64,000 nt of DNA, from positions 19,592,001-19,656,000 of the forward strand of contig NW_024704752.1 of the NCBI RefSeq assembly GCF_018977255.1. The letters run 5' to 3'. This DNA is from Callorhinchus milii. Lineage: Eukaryota. Below the pieces are notes generated by a model. That model saw nothing but the letters and a program-made list of their open reading frames with translations. It did not search any database and was not told where the DNA came from. Below, in pieces: positions 53,261-64,000 of the stretch (the stretch's first letter is position 1; each line of letters opens with the position of its first letter). A program made the position numbers and the translations under genes.

Positions 53261-56199
53261 TATTTGCTTCCTCAATTTTTCAGAAACTGATTTTTTTAAT
53301 ATAATTTCAAACCTTTAGGACATTTTTGCAATATTCTGTTGGTGATACGATCAATTGCCTTTGGAGTAATTCACACATTATAGGCTTGGTACAGATTAGG
53401 TCATCTCATTAAAGTATAGAGCGTAGAAATTGGCCAGTTAAATAAGACTATTGCCCCTGAGCTCTTGTTTATATTAAACAGAAGCAATTAAATATATTAA
53501 TTCAAGATTCAAATAAGCCAAACATTAAAAAATTGCAGTTAGAGACAACGTCAATTTGATTCAATTTATTATAATTCCGTGCATCTGTTAATTCCAGAAA
53601 GGAAATGAGCGAGAAAGGAAGAAAATGCTTGTTATTTATATAGTCCCTCATGAAGCTGAAATATCTTAATTATTACCAAGTGTAGTGTCTGTATTTGTAG
53701 GCAAACGTTGCAGCCAACAAGGGCTCACAAACAGCCATGAGATGAATGAATACTTGAAGGCTGCCTTGCTACAGATCTTCTAAGGTAGTCTTATGAATCT
53801 TTTAAGTCTTATGAAAACCAGGATGATGTCTGTGTCATCATAGAAATGATCTAATCCTATTACAGATCTGGAGACGTAATAACAATTTACACTCGACAGA
53901 TTCCGAGCAGTCTATTAACATTCCCTCTTAACCTGCTAAAGACCTTCAGATAAATTATGAAAACGCAGTTTTTTTTACGCAAGTTTAAATTTATTCAGGT
54001 AGATGCAGTAGGCTATTGATGATATTGATTCGTTTCCATTGATGTTTTAGGTCGTATATCTCAAACAGAAATTAAATTCTTTCTCAGCCCCCCCCCCCCA
54101 TCTCCCCACCCGTCACCACAAGGGAGCAGGGAACAACATTTAGATCCTACCATTGTAGATCTGAACCTCAAAGTTTCTAAATCCAGATTCTTCAGTTATT
54201 CATTTAAAATAAATCCATAGGAAAGTGTGGAGATCATGACCTTCTTAGATGTGCACAGACATTCACAACTACGAGCTATTTCACGAGGGAAAACAGATAG
54301 ATAGCTACCACTATAATGATAGATGGACCATTAATGTGGATTAATGAACGTCAGAAGAAGGACCACACTATCTCACTGGAAAAGAACGGAGAATGTCGTT
54401 AACTGCCCCAAACAGCAGTTAGTTTATTAATGGTGTAAAAGGCTGGTTATTTGAGGCTGTATTTCTGCTGCTTGTTTCACTGTAAGTTGCCATGAAACAT
54501 GCTGTGTAAACTGGGATTCAGTTAGATTTACTTTGCTGCAGTATTAATGCAATGCCAGGCAATCAATAGTGTCTCTGCTTCCCATTGTATGCCCCTTGAA
54601 AGAAGATCTTGTAGGGTTAAATGAAGGGCCCCAGAACTTTCCGCACACCGTGAAAACAATCACGCAACCGGAATTTTTAATAATATTAAAACCTAACAGC
54701 TAACATCATTCAGTTGTTGGAAGCAAAGTCGCTTCACTTGCAGAAGTGTAAACAAAGCTTAAGAACATGAGAAATGCTGACGGGCAGTCTACTGGACCAA
54801 GCACTGTAACACTGAATAATCTTGTTTCAAAGTTCTGTTTAAATATTGGGACGCTGCTGTGTGCAATTGGCTGCCGCGTTTCACCACAAAACACACGGTC
54901 AATTCACATTACAGTATATTCTGTGAAACGCTTTGAGGTGTCTCGAAGATGTGATAAGGCGCTGTATCAAATGTGAGGATTATTATATTAGCTGCAGTAC
55001 AGACCATTCCATCAATTCAGTTCCAGACTCCCCCACCAACCTCCTAAAAATAGCATTAAATAACGTTAACTGTATAGAATAAATGGAGTATCCAAGGGAG
55101 CGGAGGATTCCTGGCACAGATATTGATTATATTAACCTGCAACATTATTACCAAACATTTTTATAGCAATCATTGATTTATCCGGGAGGAAGATTTTCCT
55201 GATGTTTCTTGCAGCTGCACTGTCTCTGAACTTTAATCTCCGTACTCATTCATCAGAAGATAATGGCTTCCTTCCTCGATGTTGAGAGGCATTTAACAAC
55301 AAAAAAAGGAGGTTTTCTGATTTCATAGCTAGAACAATTTGACCTGGGATGGTTTTCTGAAATGGGTTCAGCTTTCAATGGCATTATTGTGTCTAGATGG
55401 TGTACTCACATAACACAGTGCAATGGGTATGTTCAGTAGGTGGGGGTCAGCTGTAATAACTGTTGTTTGCACCAGTTACAAAACCCTTTTAACCCTGAGC
55501 ACAAAAGTCCTTTCAAGCACAAGTTGTACATATAGAAAGGCTTGCCTCACAGAACACCATCTTACTGTAGCCACAATCTGCTCATCAGCTGCTATTTCAG
55601 TTGGAAGCAAAATGTGTTTTTTTTTCTTTCAATTAATTTAAAAAAAGGAATCAGATTAAATCACCTTCTTAAAACTGTGTTTCGGGAGTCTTAAAACTTC
55701 TTAAAACAGCCCCAACTTCACAACACACCTTTATTTCAGTTTCAAAAACCAATGCATCTATAAAAGTACTTCTTCCTTGTTGGAATTCTAAACCTGCTTC
55801 AATCTTACTTCTGAGCAAACTATTTGAAACAATGGCCTCCAACTATGTAAATGCCGTTGCTTTCACAAGCCTTGTGCAACAACGTGGTGCCAGGAGAGTG
55901 ATTTAAACTTTCTTTTCTAATTATTGCATCTGATTAGGACCATGAAAAAAAAACGCTGACTTTCAGAGCTCTGTGCTTGGCACAGCTTGCCACACGTGGA
56001 GGGCACTGACATTGGATATTTGTTTCTAAGGCCATTAGAGAAATGACGGACTCTTTAATTATGTTAAATTACGTTCAAAGTTCTTGAGCAGATAAATGGA
56101 TGAAGTCCCTGGAACATTCAGCAGATCATGGCAGAGGAAGGCCAATTTCATTTGCACCTGCTCCAGGCCATCACAGTGCGCTTCAGGTCCTTAAGCCTA

Positions 56200-56468
56200 T
56201 TACAACAGCCAATTTGCACACAGCAATGCAGTGTTCCACAAACAGCCATGAAGTGAGAGACCAATTCTATCTGGGGGATTGTTGATTGACCAGTTCACTG
56301 AGGAAGAGAGAGAGAGAGAGCGAGAGAGAAACTCCCTTCTCTTTTTGAGTAGTGCCACGAGAACTTTAACATCCACCTCACACCACAAGAACAAGTCAGT
56401 TTAATATCTTACCGAAGGATGGCACCTCCAATAAAATACAGCACTCCCCCAGCACTGTGCTGAGCACA
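56200..56468 (-). mobile_element. Ancient DeuSINE (SacSINE1-like)
   Basis: gccaatttgcacacagcaa..ccacaaacagc...tagtgccacg..ctttaacatccacct...gaaggatggcacctcc..cagcactccccagcactg; related relics at 26790-27045(+), 32025-32215(-), 48295-48465(-), 11650-11820(+), 53625-53750(-). Confidence 0.68.
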
Positions 56469-58019
56469 GAGCAAGCTATTATCAATGTACGTCAGCGACT
56501 CTTTCCTGCACTTGTTTTAAACTTTCAGAGCCCGATAGATTTTCTGTTGCTACTGTCAGCTGTGACTTGAAAGGCTGCCATTTTAATCAGACAGACAGCA
56601 CCTGAGACATAGCCCTCTTGTTTCTAGTAATGAAGGATGCGGTGGACATTGGAAGGCTTTTCCTATTGTAACCACATTACCGGCAGCTTCTGAATCATTC
56701 CTTTCCAGCTTCACTTCAGAATAATTTAAGTCGGTCTTGTAGAGGTACTCAGCTGATGCCAAGGATTTATATCTCGTCAGGTGTTCCCTGATGTTAAATA
56801 CAGATTATAATTAGATCCAGTGGTGTTTTTTCCCTATCCTCGTATTAGGTTGAGTTTTTTTTTATTTAAACAGAGCACAGATAAATAGAGCAGCTTGTTT
56901 TTATGATGGGAGGTCAATTGGATGGTTTTATATTATAATAGTTTCGTTAAATGAAAGGCTTCTTTGCGTAAGTGTGACAGATGAGTCCTGTGACTTAAAT
57001 TAATTCAAATAAGTGCAACCAGTATTCTCATTCTCTTACCTACTTACACTTGCACAGAAAACAGAAAATTGCAGGTTTTTATTGTACTATATTGTATTGT
57101 ATTCAATTACCTTTTAATTTGCTTTCCAACCACAGGAATGTGTTAAACACTGTTGTAATTAGTTTGTAAGTATTTTTAAGCATGAGCATGCAGAACAAAG
57201 CACCTCTTCTGTTTGCTTCCAATTTGTAGAGTCTTGAATTGAATTTCACTTGCCAATAATTTATCTGCACACATCTGGTCTGCCCCCACCCCCTCCCCGA
57301 TATCACAGCTCCCTCCCTCCTTGGTGTCAAATGCAAATTGAACTATTTTGGCATAAAGAGCCACAAGTAGGTTGGTGGTAGTTTGGGGACCCCAGACGGT
57401 ATGTTTCGATACTTCTGAAGTTTAACCAAATAAAAACCGCAGAACTTATTATAGAGTTCCCACTTTCCCCCCAGATGTTTCCTCATCGAATTCCATAGCT
57501 ACATAATCGTTTAAGGTTAGATTTACACCTCTGCCCATTCAAAATAGTTTGTGCACGACCCACTCTCGGTCAGCAGACAAATTGCACTATCTACAGAGAA
57601 GAGTTTTAAATAGAAATCCTGGCAACCAAATTTACATTTATCCGGGAGGCAAGGTTCTGATTTAATTACTTAATTACTTTCTGTAAAAAACTCTGCAATG
57701 TTTGATAAAGCAACAAATGCCTACCATCCATTTAGTGAACACCACTAAAATCCAATATGTATATAAATGCAATATTTAAGGAGAAAGGGAAATCTAGAGG
57801 GAGTGCTTTCTGTTCAAATTACTATCCTAGATGTGCTGTGGAATGAAAAAAAGGCAATTCAGCCAAGTGCTCACTACATCAACAGCAACTCTCATTTTCA
57901 CATGCAATATACATGTTCTCACTGTGCCAGGAAATAAATCTAATTGCAGTTTCCAATTTTTCAAGTCAAAATGTAGCTACTTCAGCTTTTTAAGCAGCAA
58001 TTCCAATAGTAAAAAAAAT

Positions 58020-58240
58020 TATAATAATTATAATAATAATCCTTGCATTTGATAAAGCGCCTTATCATGTCTTTGAGACGTCTCAAAGCGCTTCACAGAA
58101 TATACTGTAAATTGAATTGACTGTGTATTTTGTGGGCGAAACGTGGCAGCCAATTGCGCACAGCAGCGTCCCCACAAACAGTGGTAGATTGAGAGACCAA
58201 ATTATTATTATTTATTTATTTTGAAGGGATTATTATCCCT
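58020..58240 (-). mobile_element. 5'-truncated copy of the same SINE family
   Basis: Tail and Deu-like block; other truncated copies: 1069-1175(-), 5143-5240(+), 6184-6246(+), 18232-18335(-), 18495-18682(-), 19480-19660(-), 29822-29950(-), 30676-30855(+), 34250-34480(+), 37360-37430(-), 40230-40345(-), 44318-44450(-), 54847-54990(+), 62332-62427(-). Confidence 0.88.
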
Positions 58241-59977
58241 AATATATATTAATATTATTAATATAGCAAATGTTCACCAATCATGTCATCTTAATTAATT
58301 ATCTAGAATGTTGGAAAATCTTAAAATAGGGACTAACAGGGTATGATCATGGCAAGTGCAGTAATCTCCTGGAAGGTGAGTAATTGATTTTGTTTATGCT
58401 GAGTGCAACCCATTCAAGCTATCCAAATTAATGATGGGAACAAAATATTCATTTGAAACATTTGTCATGTACTTAGAGACATAAAAGTCATTGTTTCAGA
58501 ACTAAAGAAGTATTTTTGCACCTTGTTTTACAAAATATAGATGTGTTAAACAAAATAAGTGAACCACTTATATTAATAATAATCTTTACATTTGATATAT
58601 GCGCCAGACTATAGAAAAAGGGACTTTAAATTGATTAAGGGAGGAGGGATATATGTATTTATAAATAGATTCATCTATTTATCCATTTGATCTATTCCAA
58701 CAAAAAACAACAATGGGAATATTGTTTATTGTTAAGAAGTAAGCTTAGAGTGTAATTAGTTTTGATCAAATAAACCATACTTTAAGGAAGCAGAGAAGGC
58801 CAAGATTTTCTTATTATCTTTGAGTTATGGAGACAATCTTAATAGGAAATTCTCGAATGATAAACTGAGCAAAAACAGGCAATGGAGACATGCCTTCCTT
58901 CAGCTCTGATGACATGGACAGGAGGGTTTTTGATGGGAGATCAGTTGGACACCTGCCTATTCACACGCCCACATCTCATAACAGCGTGGCCTCAGGAGGC
59001 TGTTTGGTTTTATGAAATGTGGCTGTGCATCTCGAACAAGAACACAGCCTCAGCACAAACACGGACGGCCTGTCCGCAATGATTGCACGTGGTTCTCCAC
59101 CCTGAACAAAACAAGAAAAATATCATCCAAAATATCAAATATCATCAAAGCTCTTCCTCATCCGGCCTTTTAGATCAGCTCAATTACACCTCCCAGCTTC
59201 GTGCTGAATCCCATCTTTAAGCGCTCTGAGCCGCTCCCCTGCGTGGAGGGCACCACATTAAGTGCAAGTTGTTGTTTTTGTTGAATGCCGCGCCACGTTT
59301 CCTCTCTTTACGACAAAAGCAACCACTTGCGTGTCTGTCGCGCCCTCCACAATGCGCAGCATCCCGGAGAGCTTGTAAATACCCGGAACGCACAGTGTGC
59401 CAGACTGTTCTGATTCTGGAAACAAAAGGAGCCGGACTTCTCCAGCAGAAAAAAACAAGACAGGTTCTGTCTGAGGTCGAGTTGTCCCATCTCACGCAGG
59501 TTTTAGCCACTGTCTTAACGTTTTTTTGTCTGAGAATGCAAGGGCTTCTGTTCCCCTCACACCCTCGCGGCTTCCTAATATGGCCGTACACAGCTCTGCT
59601 CGATTCGATGTCTCAGGGTCACAGATCACCAATTGGCTCAGCAGCTGTTTGTTGAACGCACGGCTGGACGCAGGACACTGCTGCGCTGTCGTTCCAGGGG
59701 GAAATCTACCCCGGCCTGAATCCTTCAATACCTCGGCCACCTGAAATTCAACCTCTTGTGGTCAGGACCGCATTACAGGCACAAAACACGTAATGCTAAG
59801 GGATTAATGCTCCACATGGCAGTACATTCTGTGCATGTTGATGCAGTTAACGGGACCCCCTATAGTAAGCTCATAGGGTCAAATGCATTGCAACATGAAG
59901 CATCAAATGCTCGGTAAAACGTATTCCATGAGTAATTTGCAATGCAGATCAGAACTTCATTTAAACTAAGTTCTGAT

Positions 59978-60219
59978 CAACAACAACAACAACAACAACA
60001 ACAACAAGATTCCATTTATAGAGCGCCTTTCACGTCAGGAGGACGTCCCAAGGCGCTGCACAGTTGGGTCATGACCCGAGCAGGGGGGAAATGGTCAGGG
60101 TGAGGGGAGGGAAGGGAGGAGAGAGGAGGGGGGAAATGGTCAGGGTGAGGGGAGGGAAGGGAGGGAGCGAGGAGGAGGAAGAGAGTCGAGAGGGGAGCTG
60201 AAGGCACGGTCAAAGAGAA
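59978..60219 (-). mobile_element. L2 LINE 3' end (young)
   Basis: Near-identical to 25841-26070, long (CAA)n tail. Confidence 0.93.
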
Positions 60220-61318
60220 GCTATGAAGCAATAAGCAATTGCTGTTTGGGTTTAAAGACAGAGGACAGCGAGGACAGCGATCTTAATCAAAATTACAAAA
60301 GCCATTTATTGCAAATGAAGCGCCATGAGCCACTGATGAGTGTACAACCACTTTTAATATTACTTTTTATATTTACTTTTTATTGTGTTTGAAGGGAAAA
60401 AATTTAAATGTTTCAAACAACAGCCAACAGCCCTGAGATTGGTATCAAAATGGGACAGTGATCGTGAAGATTACCTTCAGAGTTAAGTCTGTTGATGGTG
60501 ATTATGATTTGTAATTACCTCTTGATTCAATCCTGTAATATAATTAAATTGCCAGTCTTAAAAAGAAGAATGAATACAAATCTCTGCAGTTCTCAAGGGA
60601 GAAGCATCATGACTATCTAATTATTCTTGTTTCTGTAGTGATACAGTTTAGTACCCTGACCCTAATTAAATATGCCATTAAAAGACAGTAGTGAGGAATC
60701 AGGGATCTGACCTTGGTTTAAATATTTCATTTGATTAATATCGAACAAGGTCCATCAAACACAGAGCCAAAACTACTCAAATTGTGATTTCCCGATACAA
60801 ATCAATAGGAAAGCTGATAAAATACAGTCACCACAAAGTTTAATATTAAAATAAAATGGACTGCTACATTCCAGGTCTGCATTATCGTACATAAACCATT
60901 GTATGAAGCTCCTTCACATTATAGTTTGGCACAGTTAATGATAATGTTCATTGATTCCTGGTTCTCAAGGACACAAGTCTTAATGAGTGAACTTTATTGT
61001 CACATTTATCATTTGGAGTTGTTCAGTGGCTGTGATGTGATGGGACACAATTCACCGCATTTGGCAACTTGTTGAGCATTAAACATGAGAATAACATACT
61101 TCCTAGTTTGTTGTTTTACTCAGGTTATAGTCAGGGTTAGCTTTGGAAGAGTTATTTATGAGACCAACTCATTAATAATAATATATACAGTTTATTTTAA
61201 AATCTAACATCTTGATATGGGATTTCTGCACATTCTTCGATGAAAAATAAACATATTTCTGCCTTTTATTTTTCCAAAACAATTTTAGCTTGATAAAGGA
61301 ATTTTTTTCATAATGTGA

Positions 61319-61365
<47 letters not shown>
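61319..61365. repeat. (CT)n microsatellite at the exon F acceptor
   Basis: Read directly; other microsatellites: (CT) 3739-3757, (TA) 5117-5143, (GA) 9248-9268, (TAA) 19480-19520, (TA) 48468-48491, (GA) 56304-56328. Confidence 0.95.
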
Positions 61366-61366
<1 letters not shown>

Positions 61367-61374
61367 ACATGAAG

Positions 61375-61503
61375 GTGTTGGGCTGTATTGAACATTGTTC
61401 CTCAGACATCCACAAGAAAAGTTTTACTTGATGGAAGTGTGAACACCAGTAGCCATATACCTCCTGCCTATAGAGTCATCTACTTCAATATATCCTTGGA
61501 GGA
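61375..61503 (+). CDS. Internal exon F of the same transporter
   Basis: Acceptor (ct)n-ccacatgaag|, donor GA|gtaagt; 129 nt, phase 2-2; CWAVLNIVPQTSTRKVLLDGSVNTSSHIPPAYRVIYFNISLE; two N-x-S sequons. Confidence 0.88.
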
Positions 61504-63690
61504 GTAAGTAATCCACACCATTTATCTTCTCATTACACGTACTTATGATTGACTATTGCCTGCAGTTAGTGATGATTATTTTACACAAGAGGACACAAGA
61601 GAGAGGCTGATTTGATCTCTTCCTTCCAGAATAACTCCCCTAATGTTTCCCATATTAACATCAAACCTTCGTCACCATATCTCTCCTGTGATCTTGTGTG
61701 AATGAGGCATTAAGTGCCTCTGTGACCACTTCAATTATTTTCTCAGATTTGTTTGCATTATCCGCTTTTGCTTTTTTTCCTTGACTTCTCTGTGTCATTT
61801 GTGTTTGGAACAATCGTTCAATTATCTAATCAACGAGATATTGTTCCTCTCATCTCAGTAACATAATGAGCTTGACTGAAGAAACATTCTCTGTGATCAA
61901 AACGGTTCAACACTACTAGGAATTGTGATTAAGGATTAACAATGCAGTCCAAGAGGGAAGACAGTAAATGTTTGAGATAATTAGGAAGTGACCCCTTGGG
62001 TTATTGTGTTTTTTCTTCGCCATTGCCATAATGCGATCACATTTGCAAATTAAAATTTAGACGAGTACAGTTTTTGCTCTGGGCTTAGGGAGATCTCGAA
62101 ATGTTTCTATACGTAAACAAAACTACTCTCGTCTTTAGAGCCTGTGCCAAGTGTGCATCAAGAGCAAGAATCACAACAGATTTGATTGAATACAACAGAA
62201 AAATACTAAAATCGGGTCTAATTACGACTGCAGAGGAGACAGGAGGGAATGGATAAACGATTTTTTCTGCATATTGATTGTTACACTTTCCTTTAGGCAG
62301 TCTCTCCTTTTCCATCCACCCATTGAAACACAATAATAATAATAATCCTTGTGTTTGATGTAGCGGCTCATCCTATCTTCGAGACGTCTCAAAGTGCTTC
62401 ACAGAATACACTGTAAAGTGAATTGATATTGCATATAGAAATTTTATAACACAAGGTTGCAGCGAGATGGAGCACAGTGCTGCTGAAGCTGCCGATAGGA
62501 ACATTAAACACTGTCATTCATGAAGACCCGCATCCGGGTTTTCTCAGTCCATGAAAGAATAGTGACATGCAGGAACTATGAAGACAGACACTGACGGAAT
62601 CGAATACAGGAGAAACACTGGGGTGAAATTAGTCACTTTAAAGGTGTCTGTTGTGATAATTAACGCCACGCAATGCACTATCACCACAGCTGATCATCAC
62701 AAGGTGGAATTTGCAATTGTTTGCAATCGGTTGAAAGAAATGCAAACCCCAAAACTGCAATCCTGTTAAAAAATTTTTTGTGTCTGCAAAAAAAACTTCC
62801 TGTATCATTCATTCCCAAAGGGCAAATAGATGTGTGACTAGAAATCTTCCAGAATTTTATATTTCACAGCAGTGGCCCTCACTCACTGTTCAAGCTGTAG
62901 TACAACAATGCCATCTGCAGAACATTTAGAAAAAGGATACACAGGAATTATTTTATTTGAAAAATGACGACACGTGGTACATAATACAGTCTAAAATAAA
63001 ATGATTCTGTTTTGTCGTACGAGGCAGTGGATCACAGGGCTGAAAATGTCTTTTATGTCGTGAATTCTGATCCCGGGCAAATTGCCACTACCTGCTTCTT
63101 GGTGCCAAGCTTGTCTCGCTATCAGAATTAATCAAAATAAAACATTTACCTGAACTTTTAAGAAAGCTTTGAACAAAGTCTCTTTGGATAGCAGGTTACC
63201 GGGAGGGTGATTGAGACCAGCAGATATGACTCATTTAAAAAACAGAAGCTTGCGGGTCGATGGGAAGGATGAAATTAAATGGGCAGAAGGATCTTCTTCA
63301 TCTAACCCAGTCTTGTGATCTTGTGAAATCCCATCCGGAAAGTTTCATGATTAAAACCTTTCCTGTGGTCATGTTACTGTTTTTTTTGCTTGGGGCTAAT
63401 TTGATTCTAGCTCTGTTGCTATTTCTATTGTAAGCGAGTTGTTCCCTCGATACACGTCGCAGATGGTTTACCTTCTTTCGACAGTTGTTGAAAGCTATAC
63501 GTGTGGCACGGGTTGACAGAATGTCCCTCTACCTCCGTCGCCAGAAATGTGAAGCGCATCAGTTGCCATTTGCTCTGATATCGGAGGAGCGTGTTCTAGG
63601 TTTTGTACCATTAAAACACTGGCCGGCTGGCCAAACCGTTACATTCAAAACTGGACTTCACATTGTTTGGGCTGTTTGCCATTTTTCACA

Positions 63691-63826
63691 AAAGGCAAAA
63701 GTACTGCAGATGCCGAAAATCTTAAATAAAAACAAGTAGCTGGGAACCCTCACTCCCCAGGTCAGGCAGCATCTATGGAGAGAGGAAAGTGAGTCAAGTT
63801 CCAGGTCGATGACCTTTTGTCGGAAC
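63691..63826 (-). mobile_element. Penelope-like element terminal fragment with degenerate hammerhead
   Basis: tactgcagatgccgaaaatc..caggtcaggcagcatctatggagagag..ccaggtcgatgacctttt resembles the abundant chondrichthyan PLE end; weaker relatives at 9545-9632 and 47080-47193. Confidence 0.6.
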
Positions 63827-64000
63827 CATTTTTTACTGTTTGTTACCCGCCAGCCAAACAGTGGAAAGCATTTGAATGGCATGAACATGGCTTAGTTTCA
63901 ATCAGCGAATAACTAAAGTGGTGTTAATAGGATTAATTGCTGATTAGTTCATTTTCATCCTTCAATGGTCAGTGTCAATGAAAAATCTACCCAAACAACA

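Noticed and set aside
12-63888. Most ORFs of the six-frame track
   Set aside because: Short, no recognisable domains, often derived from SINE/LINE or microsatellite sequence; the DNA is eukaryotic intron. Only 13472-13717 (overlaps exon B) and 25948-26388/26064-26285 (L2 ORF2) reflect real coding sequence.

Overview
AT-rich eukaryotic (vertebrate) genomic DNA, not prokaryotic. The repeat content (L2 and CR1 LINE ends, tRNA/Deu-domain SINEs, Penelope-like ends) suggests a cartilaginous fish, possibly a chimaera such as Callorhinchus; this is an inference. The whole window lies inside one + strand gene. Six small internal GT-AG exons (1222-1287, 13435-13558, 42286-42385, 48896-48954, 49733-49797, 61375-61503) splice in matching phase into a stop-free hydrophobic peptide of about 180 aa. 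It resembles TM3-TM7 of bacterial TyrP/Mtr-type (Trp/Tyr permease, APC fold) amino-acid transporters rather than a familiar human SLC. The ORF track largely misses this gene. The introns (up to 28.7 kb) hold many SINE/LINE copies, decayed Harbinger and Penelope fragments (three with hammerhead-ribozyme relics), several repeat-free enhancer-like blocks, and a ~240 bp inverted-repeat pair enclosing one such block. The start and stop of the gene lie outside the window. Nearly all listed ORFs are spurious.
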